From: Escherichia phage T2
Reading direction: 5' to 3' (one strand)
Sequence record: NC_054931.1
DNA length: 64,000 nt
In this document: positions 50,709 to 59,790 of the stretch, one piece after another
How the letters are laid out: each line of letters opens with the position of its first letter
Position numbering within the stretch: the stretch's first letter is position 1
The notes under the pieces: generated by a model
What the model was told of the DNA's origin: nothing
Database searches by the model: none
Seen by the model: the letters and a program-made list of their open reading frames with translations, nothing else
Program-made: the position numbers and the translations under genes

Positions 50709-51677
50709 TTATTTCAGAAGAGTAACCTCAGCGATTTCTTCCCAACCGTTTTTGTCGGTCATAATAAAGTCAGCAAGATAAAGAGCAGTACGCAGTGAAA
50801 CATTGCGTAAACGGTTAACATTGACTTTCATCCATGATAATGCTTTATAAGTTTCTTCATCAGAAAGACCGCGCTTTTGCATCATGTCAGTTGAAAGAAT
50901 AACATCTTCAACCCTGACCATAATTTCTTCATTAGTGTGAACACCCAAATCCAAATAAACTGAGCGGGACACTAATGCTTGTAAATGTGGAGCAAGTTTA
51001 GTACCACGGTCTAATTCGCGGTCAATGTCAACGTTTGTGATAAAAACAATCGTTCCTTTAAATTCAAACTCACGCTCAATGCCTTTTTCTTCTAAGTAAG
51101 AAGATGCAGTGCTCCAGCAGACTTTACGGGTCTCTCCAGTGTCCAGAGCAGCTTTCAGAAGATTAAGAATATCCATATCAGAGAAAACATCCACATCATC
51201 AATCAAAAGGACAGAATTCTCTTCACGATTATTCCAGAGCTGTTCATAAAGACCGATACCAGAGATTTTACCGTTAATGCTTTTATATTCAATGTATCCA
51301 ATATCATTTGCTTTATTTAAAGCTTTATCTAAAGAATACGTTTTACCAATACCTGCTGCTCCCGAGATAATTAATGAACGAATGTTTCCGTTAATAATAC
51401 CATTCGTCATCATTCCCATAACATTAAATCTTTTATTAATGCGGGTTTTCATATCTTCATATGATTCTTTAACTTCTTCAACTTTTACACCATCATATGA
51501 AATGTCTGATTTGTAAACCCAAACACCGCGACGTTTACCGTCAATTTCAACAAAAACTTTACCATCTCCTTGTGCATCTACCGGAGCATTATCTGGGAAC
51601 CATTCACCTAAGAGCTCAAAAGTTCCAGAGATTTCTTTACCGAAGTAGATACCCTTATTGATAGTTACAGTTTTCAT
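50709..51677 (-). CDS. AAA+-type ATPase with about 95-aa N-terminal extension
   Basis: Walker A ISGAAGIGKT, Walker B VLLIDDVD, sensor-1-like FITN; ATG at 51677 with SD ggag. Confidence 0.5.
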   Translation of the reverse strand: MKTVTINKGIYFGKEISGTFELLGEWFPDNAPVDAQGDGKVFVEIDGKRRGVWVYKSDISYDGVKVEEVKESYEDMKTRINKRFNVMGMMTNGIINGNIRSLIISGAAGIGKTYSLDKALNKANDIGYIEYKSINGKISGIGLYEQLWNNREENSVLLIDDVDVFSDMDILNLLKAALDTGETRKVCWSTASSYLEEKGIEREFEFKGTIVFITNVDIDRELDRGTKLAPHLQALVSRSVYLDLGVHTNEEIMVRVEDVILSTDMMQKRGLSDEETYKALSWMKVNVNRLRNVSLRTALYLADFIMTDKNGWEEIAEVTLLK

Positions 51678-51711
51678 TTTATTCTCCAAATCCGTATCAG
51701 TTGATAGTTGT

Positions 51712-51741
51712 ATAGTACCATAAAGCTTTATGCTTGTAAAC
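51712..51741 (-). promoter_or_regulatory. T4-type early promoter in repeated cassette
   Basis: gtaaac 51736-51741 with UP-like element; conserved leader ggagaataaaatg. Confidence 0.55.
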
Positions 51742-51770
51742 CATTTTGTGAAAAATTTTTGAAATAAAAA

Positions 51771-51791
51771 AGGGGACCTCTAGGGCCCCCT
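51771..51791 (-). terminator. GC hairpin flanked by A and T runs (bidirectional terminator-like)
   Basis: aggggacc-tctag-ggccccct followed by ttt on plus and preceded by aaaaaa. Confidence 0.45.
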
Positions 51792-51799
51792 TTATGCTT

Positions 51800-52285
51800 T
51801 TATTCCATTTCTATTATATGCATGCTCTTTTTGCTATCAAAATATATGTTTTTAACTGTTAACTCCGAATTAATTGGCAATAAAAACTCTCTTTCATAAT
51901 CCACCATACAAAGATTATCATAAAGCTTATTAAGCTTATTATCATCAGTCTGGCTAGATTCTTCAATTGCGATTAAATTTTCTAAAATTTCAATCATAGC
52001 AGTTGAATAGTCAAAAACGTTTGCATTTTTTAACACTATTAAAACATTAGTCATATAGCGTTCTGCTGCAAATGTTTCAGCTATATGAGATTCACTACTA
52101 AAGGAAGTTATTCTTTTAAATTTGATTCTCCTATTAACTTCAAACTTATAAGATAGTACTTCCTCTATTGTAAGTCCTCTAAAAAGTACGTCTTTAATCT
52201 CAAGTTTGTCTTTAATGTAATCATTAACACGCTTATGATTAAAATCATTAATTTTGTTGCCAAGGCATTTCATTAAAATATGCAT
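51800..52285 (-). CDS. ModA/ModB-family mono-ADP-ribosyltransferase-like protein (third copy)
   Basis: R41 (VLFRG), SFSS at 66-68, E-R-E at 136-138; spacing R-to-S 25 residues as in ModA; aligns with ModA and ModB-like ORFs. Confidence 0.6.
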   Translation of the reverse strand: MHILMKCLGNKINDFNHKRVNDYIKDKLEIKDVLFRGLTIEEVLSYKFEVNRRIKFKRITSFSSESHIAETFAAERYMTNVLIVLKNANVFDYSTAMIEILENLIAIEESSQTDDNKLNKLYDNLCMVDYEREFLLPINSELTVKNIYFDSKKSMHIIEME

Positions 52286-52332
52286 TGTGTTTCTCTTCAA
52301 TTTTTAAAGAACAATTAATTAACTACAAATAT

Positions 52333-52362
52333 ATTATAATATGCTTTATGATAGAAGTAAAC
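52333..52362 (-). promoter_or_regulatory. T4-type early promoter for the ADP-ribosyltransferase-like gene
   Basis: attata 52333-52338, 18-bp spacer, gtaaac 52357-52362, UP-like aaaaatttttcacaaagttgtttac. Confidence 0.55.
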
Positions 52363-52392
52363 AACTTTGTGAAAAAATTTTTGAAATAAAAG

Positions 52393-52410
52393 GGGAGCCC
52401 GAAGGCTCCC
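52393..52410 (-). terminator. C(UUCG)G hairpin terminator
   Basis: gggagcc-cgaa-ggctccc perfect repeat; minus transcript has U-run after stem. Confidence 0.5.
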
Positions 52411-52412
52411 TA

Positions 52413-53426
52413 TCATTTATAATAACTTCGGTGGTTTTCAAGATAAACCTTCTCAAGGAAGTCATCCCAGAAACCCATGTCTACTTTTTGCTGCATACCG
52501 TTCTTAGAAGCTTCAGTAGATGCTGCTTCTACTTGATCGACCACATCTTCCAAAAACTCTTGAACCGTTTTAAATGGATGTTTACCCAACTTCACGTCGA
52601 GAATAAATGGAGCGTCTTGAAGTGGATAAACCAAGTCACCAGTTTTGTAAATTTCCAATAGTTGAAGTCCACCACGACAAGCATGGCTCAGAGCTTTCCA
52701 GTCAATGCCTTCGTTGGCTTCGGCCTTACGGGCACGTTCACCATATTCAGCATCTAATTTGTTCAGTGACTGCTTAAGCTCAATAAGAGAAAGCGTTGTC
52801 TGATATTTACGACCCAATACAGTGTAGAACGTTTGTGGGCCTGTTTTCTCATGATTATGGAACACCCATTCACAGAATTCGTTTTCTGGAAGACGATGCT
52901 TAATATCTTCAACTTTAGTACGACGCTGCTTAATAGAACCATCTTCTTGGTAATCAACCCATTGCTCGGGGATTTGATTAACTACTTTCAATACATCACG
53001 TAATGCAGCCAAACGAGAACCCTTGACACCGTATTTAGAAGCTTGCTTACGGACATATCCTAAATATGATTTCATGTTAGTCGTATAAAAACGAGAACGG
53101 TTGTCTTGAATAAACTTCCACACATCAGGCAAATCAGATTTAACCACTAGTTCAGGTTGAGTGTGAAGCATATCTAACGCTACAGTTTCACCATCTGCTG
53201 CTAATTTAAAGAAATATTTAAGACTGTATAGTTCATGGTCAATATCATCTTTAGTGTTTTTAGATGATGTGTTGTTAGTGTTTTTGCTCATGTGCTCTTT
53301 GACATTTCCGATAAGAATATCGCGAGCAGGAGGAACAAAAATTTCTTTAAAATCTACATCAGATTCTGGGGTAGAAGTTCCATAAAGATGACTACCAAAA
53401 TAGCTTTTCATTACTGTTTTCATCAT
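52413..53426 (-). CDS. Pol-beta superfamily nucleotidyltransferase
   Basis: 337-aa ORF; N-terminal GS-x9-SDVD motif (YFGSHLYGTSTPESDVDF) and downstream acidic DDIDHE. Confidence 0.55.
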   Translation of the reverse strand: MMKTVMKSYFGSHLYGTSTPESDVDFKEIFVPPARDILIGNVKEHMSKNTNNTSSKNTKDDIDHELYSLKYFFKLAADGETVALDMLHTQPELVVKSDLPDVWKFIQDNRSRFYTTNMKSYLGYVRKQASKYGVKGSRLAALRDVLKVVNQIPEQWVDYQEDGSIKQRRTKVEDIKHRLPENEFCEWVFHNHEKTGPQTFYTVLGRKYQTTLSLIELKQSLNKLDAEYGERARKAEANEGIDWKALSHACRGGLQLLEIYKTGDLVYPLQDAPFILDVKLGKHPFKTVQEFLEDVVDQVEAASTEASKNGMQQKVDMGFWDDFLEKVYLENHRSYYK

Positions 53427-53872
53427 TCAGCCTTATATTCAATAACAGGACATACTTTAGCTTTACGAACTTTTAAAAATTCAACGATAATCGATTTCTT
53501 AGGTTGAATAGGAGGTAAACCTTTATACGCCCTATCAATATTTTCTACGTGTAAAGCATAATCCTTTTTCCATTTATAATCTTTATATTTTTCACGCAAA
53601 TGTGCAGGAATAACAAATGAACCGATAATAAGTAAAACAACCAAAAGCGCAAGTATAAATGCCGATGGAAGAAGAGTCCATAAACTACCGAAAATAAGCC
53701 AACGTTGTAGGCTTTCTGCACAAATAATTGTTAGCCCTACGAGTATAGCACACCCAAAAATAGAAACGAAAAATGTAGGAGGCAATAGACCAAAAATATG
53801 CGCATAGTGTCTTAGGTCGTTGCCATTCATCGTTAAACAGTTTGAATAATTTATAGTGCCAAGAGTTTTCAT
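53423..53872 (-). CDS. membrane protein (2 predicted TM helices) translationally coupled to the nucleotidyltransferase
   Basis: 149-aa ORF; hydrophobic stretches IFGLLPPTFFVSIFGCAILVGLTIICA and LIFGSLWTLLPSAFILALLVVLLIIGSFVI; 4-nt overlap with NTase start. Confidence 0.5.
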   Translation of the reverse strand: MKTLGTINYSNCLTMNGNDLRHYAHIFGLLPPTFFVSIFGCAILVGLTIICAESLQRWLIFGSLWTLLPSAFILALLVVLLIIGSFVIPAHLREKYKDYKWKKDYALHVENIDRAYKGLPPIQPKKSIIVEFLKVRKAKVCPVIEYKAE

Positions 53873-53884
53873 TAATAATCATAA

Positions 53885-54403
53885 TTATCCTTTCATTGAA
53901 GGCGTAACGGTTGTTAAATACTTAATCATAGCTTCAGCTTCTGATTTTGATAATGAAATTTCTCCATTGTTTTGACGAATAGAAATAAAATCCGGATGAC
54001 GGTCACCACCAGCTTTTAAAACACATATAAGTATCAACTTCGCCTTCAATATTTGAAATGATTGAAGCAGTTCCACATGAATGCGGTTTTTGATAAATCA
54101 ATACAGCTTTTCTTCCACCGTTTGACTGTTCATAGGCTTTTAATACATCAAGCAAATCAGTTCTTTTATCAATAGCTAAAATGTTATTTTCATCTTCAAT
54201 GTTAAATCCTTCGGATACTTCATAAAGCGTTACCCATAAATCACCAATGTCAAAACAGCATTTACTTTTCCACGGCTTTCAAGAGTATGACAAATTTTCT
54301 TGATTTCGTCATAACTCATTTTAATAATATCATCTCCTTGACTAAGGAAGATGTCATTTTTAAATTCAACACGAATTAAACCACTTCCACTTGAAATAAA
54401 CAT
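53885..54403 (-). pseudogene. fragmented ORF (three frame segments), probable decayed gene
   Basis: good SD and ATG at 54403, then two frame switches before terminal 63-aa ORF; no intact ORF of 60 aa or more in 54077-54558. Confidence 0.35.
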
Positions 54404-54558
54404 ATTTCCTCACTTTGAAATCATAGTTGGAATAACAGAATCAAGATAAGTCTTTAGTGCAATAGCTTCGTCTTTGTTTAATGTAATGATATGCGATCGA
54501 AAATCGTCAATTTGACGAATAGATACTACATCTCCCTCTTCATAGCATTTTGAAACAT

Positions 54559-54852
54559 TTAAAATAGTTTCATCATTCTGATTACAGGAGTTAGTAATAA
54601 TAGCATTACATTTTTAAACCATTTTAAATTATGTTTTCTTTTAGTAGAATCATAAAAATATTTAATGTTAGTTATAAAATTATCCCAATTATTAATTGAT
54701 AAGCACATTGACTCGCTTTTAATATTAAATCCTGGGCATGAAGAATAAAAATGAATTTTATGCTCATCATTAATGCTTACAATTTTATCAGTGTAAGCAT
54801 ATTCAATTTGGGTTAAACGAACAATTTCACTAGGCGTAATATAACATATCAT
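54559..54852 (-). CDS. hypothetical protein, possibly 3' part of a frameshifted gene starting near 54960
   Basis: 97-aa ORF; upstream in-frame-shifted segment MSESKRINMKRL... Confidence 0.3.
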   Translation of the reverse strand: MICYITPSEIVRLTQIEYAYTDKIVSINDEHKIHFYSSCPGFNIKSESMCLSINNWDNFITNIKYFYDSTKRKHNLKWFKNVMLLLLTPVIRMMKLF

Positions 54853-55294
54853 CTTCTTGCGTCAAACGATACATGTTATTTACTTTTTCGATCGCTAATT
54901 CACCAAAAAGCACACTATCTTCTAATACTAATCGTTTCATATTGATTCTCTTCGACTCACTCATAATTACATACTCCTCTGAATCATATCAATAATGTTA
55001 TTCACCAAATTATAAGTAAACATTGGGTAATTATATTGAATCATCACATACACAACAAACAAAACTTTCATTCTCTTCTCCTTGGCAGTTGACAAGATTA
55101 CTATACCATAACCTTGCCAACTTGTAAACCATTAAATGACGTTTTCGATAAAATTCTGAAGCTTTGTATGAGCATCAACCATGATTTTCATTTCTTCTTT
55201 GGCGAAAGCTATACCTCTTTCACGAGAAGAACATTCATAGTCAGAAACTGCATTAGCATATTCTTCAATTAGCTTCATTAAAAACATCTGTTTT

Positions 55295-55489
55295 TCAGTT
55301 TTCATTATTCCACCTAATCATTTCAAGATATTGAACTAACTTAGCTTTAGATTTATCCAAATCCCTTTTAGCTGCTTCTATACCGTCGTATGAATATCCT
55401 TCACAATGCTCAACTGCTAATTGATATGAATCTATTTCAATATCACGTGCTAATTTAATGATTTTTTCAAACTGTTCACGTGTTAGCAT
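55295..55489 (-). CDS. hypothetical protein
   Basis: 64-aa ORF. Confidence 0.3.
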   Translation of the reverse strand: MLTREQFEKIIKLARDIEIDSYQLAVEHCEGYSYDGIEAAKRDLDKSKAKLVQYLEMIRWNNEN

Positions 55490-55491
55490 AA

Positions 55492-55710
55492 TTAAACTCT
55501 CGTATTATGATCGATAATTTCATCAAGAAACATATCTAACGCTTCTAAAGCATTATCAACTTTAGCTTCAAGTTCTTCAATACCTGATAAGGCAAAGTTA
55601 ATGCGTTCCTCATCTGCTTTACGAATTAAAGCTACCAATTCCTTAATTTTATCCGCTTGTTCGATACTAATCATTATTCCACCACATATGAAAGAGAGAA
55701 TATTGCACAC
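55492..55710 (-). CDS. hypothetical protein
   Basis: 72-aa ORF. Confidence 0.3.
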
Positions 55711-55862
55711 GCCATGTGAGTTGCAACTTCATCACACATATTATAACGTTTCTTGAGAAGTTCTACAAGTTCTTCACTAGTAACTTCATCCATGTCGACG
55801 AAAAAATCACCATTAATGATGACGTAGATATTTCCTTCTTGATTAAGTGCTTCAATTTTCAT
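55674..55862 (-). CDS. hypothetical protein
   Basis: ATG at 55862 with SD gaggag (MKIEALN...); track start lies in promoter. Confidence 0.35.
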
Positions 55863-55890
55863 GATGTTCTCCTCTTTATCCGATAGTTGT

Positions 55891-55920
55891 ATAGTACCAC
55901 AGCTCAAACGGAAAGTAAAC
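55891..55920 (-). promoter_or_regulatory. T4-type early promoter in repeated cassette
   Basis: gtaaac 55915-55920; shares gatagttgtatagtaccaca with other cassettes. Confidence 0.5.
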
Positions 55921-55936
55921 CGGTAAAATGAAAAAA

Positions 55937-55952
55937 GTCTCCCGAAGGAGAC
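55937..55952 (-). terminator. C(UUCG)G hairpin
   Basis: gtctcc-cgaa-ggagac perfect inverted repeat preceded by A-run. Confidence 0.45.
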
Positions 55953-55957
55953 TAATG

Positions 55958-56344
55958 TTATTCGAGGGAAAGAAGATACTTACTCTGGTAAAACATTCCA
56001 GTAATATCATCTATCGTGCTTTGGATGGCTGGAGGCATTTCTTTATAAATGCTGTTAGATTGGTCTAGTATGCGATCAATCATTTTAATTGTGTCGGTAG
56101 GAAGTTTACTGGCATCTGGAATTGAAGGTGTGTATTTTCTACCAGAATACCCCAAATATTGCTCACAAAATTTATCAATCAAATCTGGCAACTCGGAAAA
56201 AATAAAATCGTATGCTTTGTGTCTAGCATAACTTTTAGTTTCAAAATGTGCAGAATGAAAATAAGCTTGTGCAGCCATTAATAAACCTAAGTATTCATCT
56301 GCCTTTGAAGGTTTTCCACTTTGTGAAAAGTCGCTGAATTTCAT
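55958..56344 (-). CDS. hypothetical protein (rI.-1 position)
   Basis: 128-aa ORF overlapping rI stop. Confidence 0.4.
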
Positions 56345-56634
56345 TCAGTCTCCAATTTAATTTTCATAATTCTAGCGTATGATTGTGCCATCTCCGCGCC
56401 TCGCTCTATACATTCAAAATCAGAAGAGCACGGGTCATTTTTATAGGTCGTTCTCATAAAACTATAGAATTGTTCAGACGATTCTACGCTTTTATTTTCA
56501 AAAAGTGTATAAACGTGCCTAATACCAGATTCCATAAATTTATCAAAATGAGGATCGACATTCGCTTCAATTGATGGAGATAAAACAAATGACAATCCTA
56601 GCATGGCAAATAGTACCGTTGCTTTTAAGGCCAT
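56341..56634 (-). CDS. rI: rI lysis-inhibition regulator (periplasmic, signal anchor)
   Basis: 97-aa ORF MALKATVLFAMLGLSFVLSPS... matching recalled T4 RI. Confidence 0.9.
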   Translation of the reverse strand: MALKATVLFAMLGLSFVLSPSIEANVDPHFDKFMESGIRHVYTLFENKSVESSEQFYSFMRTTYKNDPCSSDFECIERGAEMAQSYARIMKIKLETE

Positions 56635-56646
56635 AAAGGCCTCCTA

Positions 56647-56859
56647 TCATTTTTGTCCTGTATTTACTTTATGCCGATGCACGGCCTTAACTTTATCAAG
56701 GTATTTTTCAAAATTTCGCAATCTAGTATAGTCTGCCGGAGATTGGTTAAGTGATACTTCTCGACGCAAAGCTGAAATGATATTTCCAACTTCCCTACGA
56801 ATTTCATCTAATTGAAGCACAGTAAGATTGCGAAGTTGCTTTTCAGTTAATTGTAGCAT
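56647..56859 (-). CDS. hypothetical protein (rI.1 position)
   Basis: 70-aa ORF. Confidence 0.35.
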
Positions 56860-56901
56860 ATATACCCCTTTAGTTAGATAAACCTATTTATAACTTTTGC
56901 A

Positions 56902-57483
56902 CTAACCGAGCTTTTTAGTTAATTCATTCCAATGTTTTCTACACAAAGAAACATAAATTTCATCACCAATACAGATTTGATTACCTTCTTTAACTGGTGT
57001 TCCATCTTCCATTAATCGAGCTGTCATAATCGCTTTTTTACCGCAATGACAAACTGCCTTTAGTTCAATAAGTTTATCTGCAATCGCTAAAAGTTCTTTA
57101 GAACCTTCAAACAATTTTCCAGCGAAATCAGTCCTTAATCCATAAGCCATAACAGGAACATTATATGTATCAACAATTCGGCTCAATTGATGCACCTGTT
57201 CAGTTTTTAAAAACTGAGCTTCATCTACAAATACGCAATGAATATCTTTTTGTGCTTCAGCCCATTTATAGAACTCGAAAATATCCATATCATCTGTAAT
57301 AATATTCGCTTCCTGCTTAATTCCAATGCGAGAAACGACTTCACAGACAGAATCGCGAGTATCAATAGCAGGCTTAAGAACTAATACACTCATTCCACGT
57401 TCTTTATAATTATGTGCAGCAGTCAAAAGAGAAGCAGATTTTCCAGCATTCATTGCTGCATAAGTAAAAATTAAACTCGCCAT
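56902..57483 (-). CDS. tk: thymidine kinase
   Basis: 193-aa ORF; P-loop AAMNAGKS and C-terminal zinc motif CHCG...C; length equals T4 Tk. Confidence 0.9.
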   Translation of the reverse strand: MASLIFTYAAMNAGKSASLLTAAHNYKERGMSVLVLKPAIDTRDSVCEVVSRIGIKQEANIITDDMDIFEFYKWAEAQKDIHCVFVDEAQFLKTEQVHQLSRIVDTYNVPVMAYGLRTDFAGKLFEGSKELLAIADKLIELKAVCHCGKKAIMTARLMEDGTPVKEGNQICIGDEIYVSLCRKHWNELTKKLG

Positions 57484-57484
57484 T

Positions 57485-57673
57485 TTAGTCCTTAGTTAAA
57501 TTTTCTAAATATGTTTCTAAATCATTTTCAGCTTTATCGATAGATTTTACTAATTCGTAATATGTTTCGGCATCTCCATAATCAGAAGATAATTCAAAAG
57601 ACAAATCCTTTTCTAAACTAATAATTTCACCAACTAAAAATAATATTTCGTTCTTTTGTTCGCGAGTAATCAT
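57485..57673 (-). CDS. hypothetical protein
   Basis: 62-aa ORF. Confidence 0.3.
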   Translation of the reverse strand: MITREQKNEILFLVGEIISLEKDLSFELSSDYGDAETYYELVKSIDKAENDLETYLENLTKD

Positions 57674-57855
57674 AAGGAATTTATATAATTAATAAGTTCT
57701 TGTTCTTTATTATCGAATTCTTTAGAAAGTTCTTCGTACTCGTTTGCGCTAAAAGGACCGCATTCATTACAAACTTTTTCCAATTCACTATTTTTATCCA
57801 TAACTTCGTGGATAAGAGAAAAGAGTTTGTCTTTTTGTTCTTTGCTTAAACTCAT
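57670..57855 (-). CDS. hypothetical protein
   Basis: 61-aa ORF. Confidence 0.3.
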   Translation of the reverse strand: MSLSKEQKDKLFSLIHEVMDKNSELEKVCNECGPFSANEYEELSKEFDNKEQELINYINSL

Positions 57856-58021
57856 ATATTAATTTCCAGAAGTTTTAAAATAATTCGCTTTTGCTTAAAT
57901 ATTTCCACAGTTAAATGATCAGTATCTTTTTGACCAATTCCAATGGCAAAACCTTTATTAACAGCGAGTTCAATTAAATTATCAAGTTCACGTAACACTT
58001 CATATTGTAACTCAGAACTAT

Positions 58022-58234
58022 TCATTTCGGTTTACCTTCTTTAACGAAATCTGGATAAGGATAAAATCCCGAATAAAATCCTTCACCTTTATGATTGATG
58101 CATCCTTTATTAGAACAATAGCACCAATAATCGAAATCACAAACCATTTCATCGTTGCATAAAGCAAAAACAACCGGCCATTTACACTTTTCGCAGTGGG
58201 CATTTTTAAGAATACTAGTTTGGCTCATAACCAT
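58022..58234 (-). CDS. small cysteine-rich protein (putative zinc binding)
   Basis: 70-aa ORF with CEKCKW...CNDEMVCDFDYWCYCSNKGC. Confidence 0.35.
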   Translation of the reverse strand: MVMSQTSILKNAHCEKCKWPVVFALCNDEMVCDFDYWCYCSNKGCINHKGEGFYSGFYPYPDFVKEGKPK

Positions 58235-58452
58235 GTCACCTTTAAGCAGTATTCTTCTACATGCTGTTTACGACCTTTCTTATCAATAAAGGTATATTCA
58301 ACGAATGTTCCAATGTAGTCTTTATCTACATCATGTGGACTATTAATTGGGCATTTAGTACGACAAATGCGTTCCCATTGACGAATAATTACTGCCTTAT
58401 TATTTGGGTCATATGGATGTGGATAATGTATATTCATAATAATGGTTCCCAA
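58225..58452 (-). CDS. hypothetical protein
   Basis: 75-aa ORF. Confidence 0.3.
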   Translation of the reverse strand: MGTIIMNIHYPHPYDPNNKAVIIRQWERICRTKCPINSPHDVDKDYIGTFVEYTFIDKKGRKQHVEEYCLKVTWL

Positions 58453-58901
58453 TCAACAATCACAATTTCTAATTTAGAGGAATATGTATCTAAAATCCCC
58501 TCAATAATATCCCAGTTCCCTTTACCTATGCCTGCGCCAATCCTAGGCATATAGATTGTAGGTTTAATCAGTTTATTTTCACCAAACTCATTTAATTCTA
58601 ACATACAATTCATTAAAGCGGAATACTCAAAATTTGGCCCTGGTTGAAATTGAGTATAAAGATTAAAGCAGTAAGCTTTATGAGTCCTAAAGTATTTTTC
58701 ATAGACTGAGTAAGAACCGAGTTTAGTTACATCACCCCATTCAGTCTGTAATTTATCAGCTTCCAAAATTTTAGGGAAAGCTTTGGTTAATTGACCCGCT
58801 ACGCCTGAACCCATAGTATGAAAACAATTACATCCATGCGCAATATTTTTACCTTCAGCGAAAAGGGCGACAATATCGCCCTTGATATATTTTACAATCA
58901 T
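58434..58901 (-). CDS. macro-domain protein (ADP-ribose binding/hydrolase fold)
   Basis: 155-aa ORF; N-terminal GDIVALFAEGKNIAHGCNCFHTMGSGVAGQL and later glycine-rich IGAGIGKG typical of macro domains. Confidence 0.55.
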   Translation of the reverse strand: MIVKYIKGDIVALFAEGKNIAHGCNCFHTMGSGVAGQLTKAFPKILEADKLQTEWGDVTKLGSYSVYEKYFRTHKAYCFNLYTQFQPGPNFEYSALMNCMLELNEFGENKLIKPTIYMPRIGAGIGKGNWDIIEGILDTYSSKLEIVIVDWEPLL

Positions 58902-59245
58902 CTAGTACTCAATCCTCGATTATAAGAATCTACCAAACGGTCAACCATTGAATGACAAGCGGCTTTATCTTTCTCCTCCGCAACTGAACATTCTAAGGTA
59001 TTCCACTTTTTAGCATATCGTTTTAATAATGTATCGTTTTTGTATCTGCTTGATTTATCTCTTTCTCCGTCTTTATATGCATATATTAATTTCTGAGCAA
59101 ATTCCGCCTGGCATGCTTTATTTTTCCCACAATAATCTGCCGCAGTGCGGTTTACATATTCTCTAATTTCAGTATATGATGTATCTGCTGACGCAGAAGC
59201 AGAAAATGAAATTAATCCTATACATAAAACCAAAATTTTAGTCAT
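58898..59245 (-). CDS. secreted protein (signal peptide)
   Basis: 115-aa ORF MTKILVLCIGLISFSASASA. Confidence 0.4.
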   Translation of the reverse strand: MTKILVLCIGLISFSASASADTSYTEIREYVNRTAADYCGKNKACQAEFAQKLIYAYKDGERDKSSRYKNDTLLKRYAKKWNTLECSVAEEKDKAACHSMVDRLVDSYNRGLSTR

Positions 59246-59783
59246 TTACTATTTCCAAAAGTTTATTATTTTTAAGGTAATTAGCCTTTTCTAGGACTTC
59301 AGAAGCATATTTAGAACCTGCTTTAACATTCCATCCCGAATTATAAGAGGATATTGCTTTTCTTATATCGCCCTTATGTATATTTAACCAATAAGAAAGT
59401 TCAATGTACGCCCAGGAAGCTGAATTGGATCGTTTATTCAACATTCTTTTTATTTCAGCATCGGTCATATTATAACCAAGTTCCTTAACTCTTGCTCGCA
59501 TAGTAGGCAAATAATTTTGGAACATTCCGTAGGCGTGATGATTTGGTTTAGATTTTAAATTAACTCCGCCAGAGCTTTCTTGCCATAAAATGGCTGCCAT
59601 TATATGACCTAATCCGCTCTTGTGGATGTTTTTGTGTGTTTTATATTTTCCATCCTTAGAAAATTGTTCCCCGAATTGATACGCGTAACGCATGTTATCG
59701 AGTTGGACATTACTGAAAGTATGCTCGGAGCTATGTGCCATCATTGAAATGGCCAATAGACCAGCGAGTAGTGCTTTTCTCAT
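59238..59783 (-). CDS. periplasmic lytic transglycosylase-like protein
   Basis: 181-aa ORF; signal peptide; catalytic-glutamate motif AAILWQESSGG and GMFQ. Confidence 0.5.
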   Translation of the reverse strand: MRKALLAGLLAISMMAHSSEHTFSNVQLDNMRYAYQFGEQFSKDGKYKTHKNIHKSGLGHIMAAILWQESSGGVNLKSKPNHHAYGMFQNYLPTMRARVKELGYNMTDAEIKRMLNKRSNSASWAYIELSYWLNIHKGDIRKAISSYNSGWNVKAGSKYASEVLEKANYLKNNKLLEIVND

Positions 59784-59790
59784 GCTTACC

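Noticed and set aside
52413-53872. Calling the nucleotidyltransferase/membrane pair a CBASS-like system outright
   Set aside because: The GS...DxD motif is generic to the Pol-beta superfamily and no cyclase-specific features can be verified by eye; kept as an open hypothesis only
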